From a virus: a stretch of 64,000 bases of DNA. A program made the translations under genes and the position numbers. The stretch lies in the IMG/VR virus record IMGVR_UViG_3300049484_000177, positions 34,384-98,383 of that record. One strand, written 5' to 3'. Below the pieces are notes generated by a model. That model saw nothing but the letters and a program-made list of their open reading frames with translations, did not search any database and was not told where the DNA came from. This document shows positions 39,047-48,240 of this stretch, piece by piece; positions within the stretch are counted from its first letter, which is position 1, and each line of letters starts with the position of its first letter.

Positions 39047-39228
39047 AGGACTGGATTATCTACTGCGATGCTACAAGGTTGCTGTGGGACGCGCAAGAGG
39101 ATGACAATGCTGGAGCTGTCAGTTCTAACTGGCAGCCGGTCACAAAGTCTCAGGCGATGAGATTCATCGCTGAGATGGAACACAGAGAGGGGTGGACGAG
39201 GGGCCATTGGAATGCCCCAAGGTTCTAG
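39043..39228 (+). CDS. hypothetical protein
   Basis: GGAGG RBS, ATGA overlap. Confidence 0.65.
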   Translation: MKDWIIYCDATRLLWDAQEDDNAGAVSSNWQPVTKSQAMRFIAEMEHREGWTRGHWNAPRF

Positions 39229-39247
39229 GGAGGACATGAAAACCGAA

Positions 39248-39349
39248 ATAACTGGGCTTGGATAGCCCAGTTATAGCTGTGGGGTGAGAGCCTACAGCCT
39301 GATGAGGTATCTCATACAGTTACTCAATCACAGGACAAAGGAGCGAGAC
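39248..39349 (+). promoter_or_regulatory. three-hairpin leader ending CACAGG...GGAGCGA
   Basis: ATAACTGGGCT/AGCCCAGTTAT, GCTGTGGG/CCTACAGC and TGAG/CTCA hairpins. Confidence 0.6.
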
Positions 39350-39754
39350 ATGGAAATGCCAAGGATTGAATTCGTGGTACGGGATTTCACGTCGTTCGAG
39401 TCAGCAGGGGAGATCGCAGAGGCGCTCAACTTGGAGCTACCTCACCTGAAGTTCTCCGCCACCTACCTCAACGTTTGGGATGTACACCTTCTCATCGACG
39501 GGAGCATCGTAGTGCAGCAGAATTGCTCACACGAGCATCCTTGGGGGAGATGCTGTGTGAACCTGAATACCAAGTCGGTGTCGAGATCAACTCTCTGTTC
39601 ACTACTCACCCGTGCCGAACGGGCGGGTTGGGATGTTATTGTCGGAGGGGTGAGGCTGATCGAATACCCCGAGATGGTTTGGAGGAGACTGGCGTTGTGG
39701 ACCCAATTCCCCAAGTACAACGTCGAGAAGCATTACCATCTGATCAAGAAGTAG
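39350..39754 (+). CDS. hypothetical protein
   Basis: AGGAGCGA RBS. Confidence 0.7.
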   Translation: MEMPRIEFVVRDFTSFESAGEIAEALNLELPHLKFSATYLNVWDVHLLIDGSIVVQQNCSHEHPWGRCCVNLNTKSVSRSTLCSLLTRAERAGWDVIVGGVRLIEYPEMVWRRLALWTQFPKYNVEKHYHLIKK

Positions 39755-40020
39755 TAAACCAAAACACCGACCGGGATTTCCAACACGATGTCATCGAAGG
39801 TCCACCGCTAAGTGCTCGTGCTTGGCTGATCTTTCATCCCGGTCGTTGTCGGGTCTGGGTGAACTCCAGATCCCTGATGATGGCAGTTCTTCCGAAGATA
39901 GGTTGGAGGGATTGCGTTTCGTTCTACAACTAACAACTATGAAGGGAGGTGATGCCTTTGCACTACTACAACAACCTGCGGAAGTTAGCCAACAATAGCT
40001 GACCACCAACGGCGGCGGCC

Positions 40021-40104
40021 AGGGGCGAGCGATGACCCTAGTGCGGTGGACGCTTGGCATCGTCCCATTTGACAACTGCGACTAGTGGCTCGCTCGCCCC
40101 TTTT
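40021..40104 (+). terminator. long hairpin terminator or processing site
   Basis: AGGGGCGAGCGA/TCGCTCGCCCCT plus T-tract. Confidence 0.65.
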
Positions 40105-40187
40105 ACCCTGACAAGAAGACATCATAGTGCGAGTCTATGACAGGGTACTGTTTCGTGTTTCAATACTTGCTACATAAGGACATTACC

Positions 40188-40472
40188 ATGAGTAGCGAGC
40201 GGGTGTTTGTGTCGAGAGGAGAAGGGGACGAGTTGCAGTTGAGTCTCAATGGAGCCACCATGTCTATCAGTGAACTTCGAGTGCGTCCGATGAGTAACTG
40301 GAAGACACCTCACCAGCTACTAGCAAAAGGAGGAGCGTCAATCGCTCTGACCGACGCCCAACTGATGCAGGTAGTGGGTGAGTACCTTCGTTACCGAATC
40401 AACGAGAGCTGCTCCCACAGCCAAAAGCAGGTAGGGTACGAATTCACCTGCACTGTGAAGAGAGGGGATTGA
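40188..40472 (+). CDS. hypothetical protein
   Basis: AAGGA RBS. Confidence 0.65.
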   Translation: MSSERVFVSRGEGDELQLSLNGATMSISELRVRPMSNWKTPHQLLAKGGASIALTDAQLMQVVGEYLRYRINESCSHSQKQVGYEFTCTVKRGD

Positions 40473-40643
40473 ATGGATAGCGAACAAACAGACATCACAG
40501 GAGCCGCTATCGTTGAGGTCCGGGTACGGGCTGATGGTAGGGTCCTGTGGGTCAACGTAGACGGGATCTGCAGGCTGCGGGTCTGCCAGATCGATCAGAT
40601 TGAAGTGGAGGACGAACGAAGCATACCAATCAGTGACAACTGA
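40473..40643 (+). CDS. small hypothetical protein (56 aa)
   Basis: Read manually: MDSEQTDITG...LWVNVDGICRLR. Confidence 0.6.
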   Translation: MDSEQTDITGAAIVEVRVRADGRVLWVNVDGICRLRVCQIDQIEVEDERSIPISDN

Positions 40644-40660
40644 TTAGAAAGCGTGATGCT

Positions 40661-40882
40661 ATGAGTGTAAAACGACGCATTGTGAAGTGGTTGTTGGTTT
40701 CAATCACATTACTTGTGCTGCTCTGGATTGCTTGCATTCTGGGATCAGTGGCAATCAATCTCAGCCCGATAGGACAGGAACAACAACGACAGGTCAACAG
40801 GGCCCGCGAGTTGAGGGAAGAGCAAAGCACCCGTGACGAGAAGCACCTTGCCGAAGTGCGTATGGTTCTGCGGTCGAAGTAA
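40661..40882 (+). CDS. small membrane-anchored protein
   Basis: N-terminal TM helix. Confidence 0.6.
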   Translation: MSVKRRIVKWLLVSITLLVLLWIACILGSVAINLSPIGQEQQRQVNRARELREEQSTRDEKHLAEVRMVLRSK

Positions 40883-40914
40883 CAATGACAATTCAAGAGA
40901 CAATCGTTTCGCTC

Positions 40915-40967
40915 GGGCGACGTGGCGCTTCCAGCTTGTAGCTGGCTCTGGTCACGTCGCCCTTTTT
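40915..40967 (+). terminator. Rho-independent terminator
   Basis: GGGCGACGTG/CACGTCGCCC plus TTTTT. Confidence 0.7.
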
Positions 40968-40987
40968 AGTTGCTATAGGAGAGCTAA

Positions 40988-41176
40988 ATGAAAGAAGGTG
41001 ATACGGTCACATGGACCCACTATGCCAGAGGAGTAACCCTCCAAACCCGTGTGCGAATTATATCCATCTCACAGGATAAGGCTCGCGTCACGTTCTGGAA
41101 GGGACCAGACTACGCTAGGGTCCCGAAGTATCTGACGGTCCCGTTACGTTTGTTAGAGAAGATAGACAAAGAGTAG
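40988..41176 (+). CDS. small SH3/KOW-like protein
   Basis: AGGAG RBS; MKEGDTVTW. Confidence 0.65.
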   Translation: MKEGDTVTWTHYARGVTLQTRVRIISISQDKARVTFWKGPDYARVPKYLTVPLRLLEKIDKE

Positions 41177-41205
41177 TTTCTATTCACTACAGAGAGGAAG
41201 ATAAC

Positions 41206-41391
41206 ATGAGTACATTCGCATCAGATAAGAAGCCGCAGTTCATGGTCAATGCTCCTATCCTCATTTCAATGAACGATGAGATGGCAATTGAGCTGATCAA
41301 GTTCTTCAAGCAGACACTGACCGGTGCTCCACTACCTCCGTCCGTGTTCGCGTTCATGAAGCAGTTGGAAAACGACCTGGACGACAAGTAG
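41206..41391 (+). CDS. hypothetical protein
   Basis: GAGGA RBS. Confidence 0.6.
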   Translation: MSTFASDKKPQFMVNAPILISMNDEMAIELIKFFKQTLTGAPLPPSVFAFMKQLENDLDDK

Positions 41392-41897
41392 CCATTCAAC
41401 AAAGAAGTTGAACGTGGTTATACTAATCGCCTTAATGACGGCTCTATGGGTGACTGGCATCACCATAGTCTGTGGAGAACGTCCCATTAATGAACCGGGC
41501 GTAGTGAATCGTCCCGCCTACCGAATAGGACGATTCATAAGCGGATTTACTTAGTTGCTATGGGGCTTGCCAGAGCCCCATCAAGTCATTAGAGAACGGC
41601 CTAACCGACAAGAAGGAGCGATGTAGAGATGAGAACATTAAGAATCACGTGGAGAAACGGCAGAGGCGGAAAGGACTAAGCGTGCCAGATGGTACGCGGA
41701 GGGGCCTAGCGATGATGTTGGTACTCACAATTTCCGCTTGGAGTTGGAAGACTCTACTATTGGGGAAGGGCAGAACTCCTTCGAAACCAGAGAAGGGGCT
41801 CAAGCAGTATGGGATCAGTTCAAAGCAGGAACTATTGATCCCTTTCGCAATCCAGTAGTGTCAGCATCGAAGGACTAACACAAGAGAGGAAAACAAC

Positions 41898-41956
41898 AGC
41901 CGCAGCCACCCATCACGAACCGGAGCGAAAAGCCCGTGATGAGGTGGACTGCGGCT
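41898..41956. terminator. long hairpin at the convergence of + and - transcription
   Basis: AGCCGCAG-CCACC-CATCACG / CGTGATG-GGTGG-CTGCGGCT. Confidence 0.65.
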
Positions 41957-42867
41957 TATTTCGTTGCTACTGGATAGGGCTTCATAGCCTCTTGATAATC
42001 CGCTATCTTCTGCAGCATCTGCCTCACTCTAGCAGTATAAGTGAATTCACCACACCGCTCAAACCCGGCCCTTCTTATCCGCTCCCTCTCTTCATTGTGT
42101 TCCAAGTAGTAGTCTATCAACCAACGAAGTCTCTTGTAGTCATTTCGCGGGTAACTAACGTAATGAACACCATCTGTAAACTCCTCATCCAATCCTGGAG
42201 TCTCTGGGAACAACATAAACCCACCACGTCCTAGAATCTCGTAGATACGATTGGACCAATAGGATGGAGATGGGTGACTTGCTCCTACCACTATCTTAAC
42301 CTGTGAGAGGGCTTGATTCAAATCAAGCCCTCTAGTGCGAGTGTGCCAGACCACTCGTTTACCATAGTTGCTATTAAGCCAATGTGTTAGTATGCTGCGT
42401 TGCTTGGACGAATTGACGGTTCCTATAAACGCTAGATCATGCCTTATATCTAATGGACACATAACATGTTCTGGCTCGTGTATACCCTGACGTAAGGTTA
42501 TATGATTGGCTCCGTACTCCTGCCACTCTTCAACATGACCCCCATCCGTCGTGAATAGTATGTCAGCCAGAAATTGAAATGGACGCTCCTTGCGGTAGCC
42601 CCAATACAAATCCCAAATCCAAGCTACCGTTACAATACCCCGTCCCTTACACCACTCGATAAGCTCTGGGAAGGTTCGACTAGTTACCTTACTAAACAAC
42701 ACTATATCGCATTGATTTCGTTTGATCTCTAGAGCATAAGTCCTAACCTTATCAGTTGAAACTATCACCTTCTTAACTACCTCTACTCCATTCTGCTCCA
42801 AAGCATGAGTGACGTATGTTTCCGTACTCCAATCATAGAGAAACTTCCCGATGTAGTAGACCCTCAT
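41956..42867 (-). CDS. CgeB-like GT-B glycosyltransferase
   Basis: LAFIG, YWSNRIYEILGRGGF, ERERIRRAG...TYTAR. Confidence 0.88.
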   Translation of the reverse strand: MRVYYIGKFLYDWSTETYVTHALEQNGVEVVKKVIVSTDKVRTYALEIKRNQCDIVLFSKVTSRTFPELIEWCKGRGIVTVAWIWDLYWGYRKERPFQFLADILFTTDGGHVEEWQEYGANHITLRQGIHEPEHVMCPLDIRHDLAFIGTVNSSKQRSILTHWLNSNYGKRVVWHTRTRGLDLNQALSQVKIVVGASHPSPSYWSNRIYEILGRGGFMLFPETPGLDEEFTDGVHYVSYPRNDYKRLRWLIDYYLEHNEERERIRRAGFERCGEFTYTARVRQMLQKIADYQEAMKPYPVATK

Positions 42868-43874
42868 TGAAAGTTGTCCTCCATGAACTTGGTAAACGAG
42901 GCTACGTCCTGTTCCCTCTCCGATTGCCACATCAACTGAACAATCCTTCTGCGACCGGCTGCTCCTATGCGAGCATTCTCTTTTGGATCTTTCAAACGCT
43001 CGATGCTCTCGGTCAGCTGATCCATAAGATAATTCGTCCGGTCGGGGAACGATAGAGTAGCATCATCCTTAACTACTAGACAGGTCACATCATCTTCATA
43101 GAGATCATTGTATAGTGTTTGCTTCAAGAACAGGTCAGTTATAATAACCGGGCAGCCTGTTAGTAGTGATTCATATAACGCACAACCAGGGCAATCGTGG
43201 CTCTTAGCATGCACCAAGCAAAGAGCCGTCTCCAGCACTTCTGGAACTCTCGTAGTGTCTATCAGTCCGGTGGGTGAACCAAACCCTCCATAGAATCTAA
43301 CCCCATGAAATCGCATGAGGGGAGATACTAACCACCCATACCCCCAATGCTTGACATTATGTACAAGGCATACAGGAGATTGGGTTGGACGCCTCCTATG
43401 AGCAGCCTCAAGGAACTCGTAACGCTTAGTCAATGGAATGTAGCAAACATATCTAGGTCCAGATACCTCATGAGGCGATCCTTCGGCGTATCGTTTATTT
43501 GCACTGAGATAGGGAACAGGTACTTGTAGAGGATATGTCTTCCTGGGTTCCTGCGAAATGAATTGGCCGGGGTTTCCTCCATTGATATCGAACCAAAGAA
43601 CCTTGCCATTCAAGTGAGTGTATCGTTCAGCTATACTCGGCAGATTATAGTGCTTGACAGTCACGAACAAATTGCATTGTTCAAAGTGATGCAACTCAGC
43701 CTTCTTGATCAACCTAGATGCCACCACAGGCTTCATGTGAGTATTAAGTAAATGAGATACGTCACGACCAATACCAAAGACACTATAACCCGCAGAGGTG
43801 AGCATCTCCTCTATTGACTTTTCGCACTGTTCGTGTGGAACGTGTAATATAGCTAACTTGTAGTTTTTCGACAT
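42864..43874 (-). CDS. GT-B (GT4-like) glycosyltransferase
   Basis: DCPGCALYESLLTGCPVI; RIGAAGRRR. Confidence 0.75.
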   Translation of the reverse strand: MSKNYKLAILHVPHEQCEKSIEEMLTSAGYSVFGIGRDVSHLLNTHMKPVVASRLIKKAELHHFEQCNLFVTVKHYNLPSIAERYTHLNGKVLWFDINGGNPGQFISQEPRKTYPLQVPVPYLSANKRYAEGSPHEVSGPRYVCYIPLTKRYEFLEAAHRRRPTQSPVCLVHNVKHWGYGWLVSPLMRFHGVRFYGGFGSPTGLIDTTRVPEVLETALCLVHAKSHDCPGCALYESLLTGCPVIITDLFLKQTLYNDLYEDDVTCLVVKDDATLSFPDRTNYLMDQLTESIERLKDPKENARIGAAGRRRIVQLMWQSEREQDVASFTKFMEDNFQ

Positions 43875-43886
43875 ACAACCCTCATT

Positions 43887-44381
43887 TCATTCACCCGTAA
43901 ACACTGCCAAGCGGCCTACTCTTTCCTTCCAAGAACCTAACAACTCCAAACAAGCCTTCTTCACTTGAAGTCCTCCCCCTCCATCGTTCACATCATGCAA
44001 AGCAATGTAGGTAGGGTGACATAGCTTAGCTACCTGAATCTGTCTCTTCGTTCCCTCGTAAGTATGGTCGCCATCTAAGTAAGCAAACCCAACTGGACAA
44101 GGAGTCCAATTCTCAACAGGACCAACGAACAGTTCTACATTAGGGAGATGTCTAGTGTTATCTAAGAAGCGTTTCTTAATATCCTCACCCGAAAGGTCAT
44201 ACTTAGCAAAGTCAGCAAACTTATCAACCGATAGTACCCTACGTCCTGTTTGTGCGAGTACAACTGTGCTACGTCCCTTATAGCAACCGACCTCAAGAAT
44301 ATCACCATCACATAACATGGCGTATTTGTACAGCAATTCCGCTTCATCCTTAACCAACCATCCAGGAGGCAGGTCTGTCAT
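43887..44381 (-). CDS. class I SAM methyltransferase (Methyltransf_24-like)
   Basis: LEVGCYKGRST, YLDGDHTYE, LHD. Confidence 0.88.
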   Translation of the reverse strand: MTDLPPGWLVKDEAELLYKYAMLCDGDILEVGCYKGRSTVVLAQTGRRVLSVDKFADFAKYDLSGEDIKKRFLDNTRHLPNVELFVGPVENWTPCPVGFAYLDGDHTYEGTKRQIQVAKLCHPTYIALHDVNDGGGGLQVKKACLELLGSWKERVGRLAVFTGE

Positions 44382-44383
44382 AT

Positions 44384-45121
44384 CTAACATGTAACGAATA
44401 CCTCATGGGGTACGTTAGGATCAAATGGCTTGAGTTGTACCTTATCCAACTCGTTCACCAACCCTAACCAATAGTGAGATCCGTTTGTTCCATCCCACCG
44501 TTTGAAGTGCCATTGCCTAGATTCCTCATTCTGAAACCCCCAATGCAATATACGAAGTCCAGAGTCTCCTCGATGCCCCCAATGACCATTACGCTCGCGT
44601 AGTGAAGCAGTACCTACTTGATAATACCACTGATGATCCTTCGTAGGATAGAATCTGGCCTTATATCCAATATACCCATTATCTACTCTAATGATTGGCA
44701 CACCATCCTTCACATCCCATACGTTATACCACTGAACCACCCAATGCCAGTCAGTCTTTAGTATCTCCTGAAGTAAGGCCGGGGCATTGGGCTCTAAGGT
44801 TTCATCAGCATCATGTGGGCTTATCCAAGGAGAGCCTAAACCCAAAGCCATCTGAACAGCCCTATTACGGTCCTGATCTATAAACGGGCAGTTTATATCA
44901 TCCTGATAAGTATAGCCAACAGTTCGTCCCCAATCAGCAATCCGTTGGAATTGATCTCCATTCACTTCGATGCCGTTAATATGCCATACTACATCGAAGT
45001 TCAAACGGTCGAAGTCAGTCATTAGCTGATCGAGGAATAGATCAGCGTCCCGCTTGTGGATTGGCGTAATAGCTACCACTTGCTCATTGGACTTTCGCTT
45101 TATCACAGATCGAATGGTCAT
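44384..45121 (-). CDS. GT-A (GT2-like) glycosyltransferase
   Basis: RNRAVQ...WISPHDADE; ILHWG. Confidence 0.75.
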   Translation of the reverse strand: MTIRSVIKRKSNEQVVAITPIHKRDADLFLDQLMTDFDRLNFDVVWHINGIEVNGDQFQRIADWGRTVGYTYQDDINCPFIDQDRNRAVQMALGLGSPWISPHDADETLEPNAPALLQEILKTDWHWVVQWYNVWDVKDGVPIIRVDNGYIGYKARFYPTKDHQWYYQVGTASLRERNGHWGHRGDSGLRILHWGFQNEESRQWHFKRWDGTNGSHYWLGLVNELDKVQLKPFDPNVPHEVFVTC

Positions 45122-45666
45122 TGAAATACCGCAATCCTTCCTGCCAAAGCTAACCGCTCCTTGAAGCGGTACTCTCTCACAGCCTGAGCTACCCCAGGAT
45201 GACTACCACCAAAGTCATGCAATGCTGTCTTGGCAGCCAATGGAGCCCAACGCTTGATAGCTCCTAGAGTAGCCTCAAAGCTATGGTTGCCGTCAATGTA
45301 GACCATATCCAACCTATGACCTTTATCCCAAATAGAGTAGAGGTCCTCTTCAAGCATACAACATAAATGAACCTGAAGAGCAGTACGAGTACTCAAGACG
45401 TGATGGGCTATGGAGGTGAGCATACCTTCCCTGGTAGGTGTATCTACACCATCAAACCCTTCGATGATTGGGTCACAGCAGTAGAGCCTGCGAAACTTCT
45501 GTACTCCAATAGCATTAGCCAACAACTTGGCCGATCGACCGCAATACGTACCAATCTCTAGAACATCTCCTTCTCCACAAGTAGCCTGCTCCCAAAGGAG
45601 TTTGGCTTCTATTAGAGTTAGCCAACCCGTCGTTGGTAGACTGTCGAAGACGTCTTGAAAGTTCAT
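45118..45666 (-). CDS. class I SAM methyltransferase (Methyltransf_24-like)
   Basis: LEIGTYCGRS, YIDGNHSFE, LHD. Confidence 0.88.
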   Translation of the reverse strand: MNFQDVFDSLPTTGWLTLIEAKLLWEQATCGEGDVLEIGTYCGRSAKLLANAIGVQKFRRLYCCDPIIEGFDGVDTPTREGMLTSIAHHVLSTRTALQVHLCCMLEEDLYSIWDKGHRLDMVYIDGNHSFEATLGAIKRWAPLAAKTALHDFGGSHPGVAQAVREYRFKERLALAGRIAVFQ

Positions 45667-46199
45667 TGCACCACCAGTTCGAAACGAGGGGGGTAGTTTG
45701 GTTGAGCTAACATGAAGCGTATAGCTTGACTGGGAAACCTGCTCAAGTAGTAGCGCTTGCTCTCACCCGCCCATAAGGCAGACACTACTCTTCGGTTTAG
45801 TAACTTCGTGCAAAGCTCTTCATTCATCTCACCCTGTACGTAATAGGCGTCTAGGTAATGAAGAGCCTTGTTTGCAAACTGCATAGAGACCTCAGCCACT
45901 CTTCTATGGTCGGGGTGGCGAATGCCTAATGGAAAGACAAGTAGGTCTTCTGGCCCAGGTCTGATGCCCCAACTACCAAATGGTGGGATATTGTCCACCT
46001 CTAGCCAATCGCTGTCTGGAAAACCAAGAGAGGCATGATTGCAACCTACCGCTCTGGCATAGGAGGTAGCTTCTTTGGTGCGTTCTTCTACACCAGTAAC
46101 CGTGACTATGGTCTTGGGATGATTCTTCCACAACGTCGTTATGTGGGCATGAAGGGACATGAAGGCGTCATCGGGATGTGGTTCGATTATGTAGATCAT
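45663..46199 (-). CDS. PIG-L/LmbE-family de-N-acetylase
   Basis: PHPDD, R..EA, HPDH. Confidence 0.85.
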   Translation of the reverse strand: MIYIIEPHPDDAFMSLHAHITTLWKNHPKTIVTVTGVEERTKEATSYARAVGCNHASLGFPDSDWLEVDNIPPFGSWGIRPGPEDLLVFPLGIRHPDHRRVAEVSMQFANKALHYLDAYYVQGEMNEELCTKLLNRRVVSALWAGESKRYYLSRFPSQAIRFMLAQPNYPPRFELVVQ

Positions 46200-46906
46200 T
46201 CAAACACCTTAGCCCAACTCTCGGACATCCAGGTATTGTACTTCTTTACAAGCCCTAACCCTTCTGGATCTGTTATCTCCAAAAACGACCCACAGTATGA
46301 GCAGATCCGTTGCTTAACATACTCCACCCATTCAGGGTCTTGTATCTTAGCCAGATCCCAAGTTCTAGTCTCTGGACACTGCCAATGAGAAATCATACAG
46401 CCCATCGTACAGGGCGAGTACCCGAACACATCTACACCATAACCACAGATAGTTTCCCAACTACAAGTAGCCCTACGTACTTGTGGTAAATCTCTAGGGG
46501 CACAGAATATAAACTGCTCTCCCTGATTATCCGCATTACCTTCTATCTTGAATGAAGAGGATGTATACCAAACTCTTGTCCTTAGAGAGTATAGCAACCT
46601 CCTAGATGCTGCTGTGTATCCATTAGAATATGTCTTGATAAAGAATCCACGACGAATTGCCACTAAAGCAAACTCTTCAAACTGGGGATGCAGTGTAGGT
46701 TCTCCTCCCACAAATACCAACAGCTTCCTGAAATCCAAACGCTCGATATCATCCATGACTCTTACAAATGTTGCCATATCCATATCCGGGGGCTGATTCT
46801 TTTTATAAAAGCAGCCTGCATTACAGCATCTGCAAGACAGGTTGCATTTATAAGTCAACTTCAGCTCGGCATTACGAGTCTTTGGATCTAAGAAGTAGTA
46901 GCCCAC
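46196..46906 (-). CDS. radical SAM protein with Cys-rich C-terminus
   Basis: CNLSCRCC, GGEPTLHP, SNG, C-terminal CSYCG. Confidence 0.9.
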   Translation of the reverse strand: MGYYFLDPKTRNAELKLTYKCNLSCRCCNAGCFYKKNQPPDMDMATFVRVMDDIERLDFRKLLVFVGGEPTLHPQFEEFALVAIRRGFFIKTYSNGYTAASRRLLYSLRTRVWYTSSSFKIEGNADNQGEQFIFCAPRDLPQVRRATCSWETICGYGVDVFGYSPCTMGCMISHWQCPETRTWDLAKIQDPEWVEYVKQRICSYCGSFLEITDPEGLGLVKKYNTWMSESWAKVFE

Positions 46907-46916
46907 AGCACCATAC

Positions 46917-47639
46917 CTATGAAAAGATTACTTGCCATGTCTCTGTCATCTTCGTTCCATTGACATCCTTAATCTTAGACCGATCCACCTTCCCAAAGCA
47001 CACATCTAATGGAAGAAAGGACCCACAGTGTTTGCATAACTCCTGATACACAATATCCATATACAACGGGTCTACTAAGTCCTTCAGTTCATTAGCATAG
47101 GTAGCAGGAGCAGAGTAATGAGCTATCATCGTACCGATAGGACACGGTGAGAATCCCTGCTCATCCACACTATATCCCCAACTACCACTATCGTATCCCC
47201 ACTTACACGGTGAGCGAGTGACTCCCATATCCGCCGGGCTGCAGAAGATGTATGGGTTGTGAAAGCCAGCAACCGCTCCATTGAACTTATGAGTGCCTTC
47301 AGCCACTCTACCAAGATCCAACTCGCGAACCTTGACTATCGTATCCTTAGCCCGTTTACTGTAGGCATTGGACCATAACGTTTGCCTGAAATCCCGCTCA
47401 TGACTCAACTGCATAAACTTAACACATTGAGAATGAAGGGTAGGCTCACCGCCAATAAACACCAACTCCATACGAAACCCTAAACCCTCAATCTGATCCA
47501 ATACATCGAGGAATCTTTCCTCTGACATATCAGGCGGCAGATGCTTCTTGTTGAAGCAGGCTCGATTACATCCAGGGCAATCCAAGTCGCACTTGTAGGT
47601 AAGATGCAACTCCGCCTTGCGTATTCGTTGATCAAACAC
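46917..47639 (-). CDS. radical SAM protein (paralog of adjacent gene)
   Basis: CDLDCPGC, GGEPTLH, C-terminal CKHCG. Confidence 0.9.
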   Translation of the reverse strand: MFDQRIRKAELHLTYKCDLDCPGCNRACFNKKHLPPDMSEERFLDVLDQIEGLGFRMELVFIGGEPTLHSQCVKFMQLSHERDFRQTLWSNAYSKRAKDTIVKVRELDLGRVAEGTHKFNGAVAGFHNPYIFCSPADMGVTRSPCKWGYDSGSWGYSVDEQGFSPCPIGTMIAHYSAPATYANELKDLVDPLYMDIVYQELCKHCGSFLPLDVCFGKVDRSKIKDVNGTKMTETWQVIFS

Positions 47640-48240
47640 GGTCAGTCTCCTTCAGTAGGAATCCGCCCTTTTCAGAAATTATGATTGAATTGGCACTACG
47701 TCCATAAGTCCGCAAAGGGAGATTCGATCGCCAGTTCATTTCATCAAACCTGCTCAACGTTAGAACATTTATCCCTTCCGGTCTACCTAGCAGGTATTTC
47801 TGTAGAGGACCAACCTCTAGTCTACCTTGCTCCCAACCATAAGGTATTGTTATGAGAAAGTATTGAGACTCACCTTGTATCTTAAAGTAGGCATCCAATG
47901 GTGTTTTGCCCTCCAATGGTAAGCCATATCTACCATCATCTACATGCTCAATAGTAGAAATAGAAATGACAGCCTGCCCTCCGTAATTGACTGAGAATAA
48001 CGACGCCTTATCAGTAGCATGAGTGTCGATAGGATCTAAAATTCTATGAGACCATCCTCTGCTGAAATAAGGCAATACTGCACCAACTTCTATAATTGGT
48101 ATTCCAAGGCTGAGCATTAGACCATGCCAATACTCAGCGATGGGAACCTCGACCGCTCTTTCAGTAGTACCATTATTCTGATGGCGGTTGTATTTAAGCC
48201 AAACGCCGCCTTCTTCGTATTGAAACAACTCTTGGATCAT
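47632..48240 (-). CDS. methyltransferase-like protein (DUF268-like)
   Basis: ERAVEVP, IEVG, ISTIEHV, ITIPYG. Confidence 0.7.
   Translation of the reverse strand: MIQELFQYEEGGVWLKYNRHQNNGTTERAVEVPIAEYWHGLMLSLGIPIIEVGAVLPYFSRGWSHRILDPIDTHATDKASLFSVNYGGQAVISISTIEHVDDGRYGLPLEGKTPLDAYFKIQGESQYFLITIPYGWEQGRLEVGPLQKYLLGRPEGINVLTLSRFDEMNWRSNLPLRTYGRSANSIIISEKGGFLLKETDRV

Noticed and set aside
41629-41878. Gene downstream of the GGAGCGA leader at 41614
   Set aside because: The ATG frame stops after 16 codons; a longer startless +1 frame suggests a broken gene, too uncertain to call
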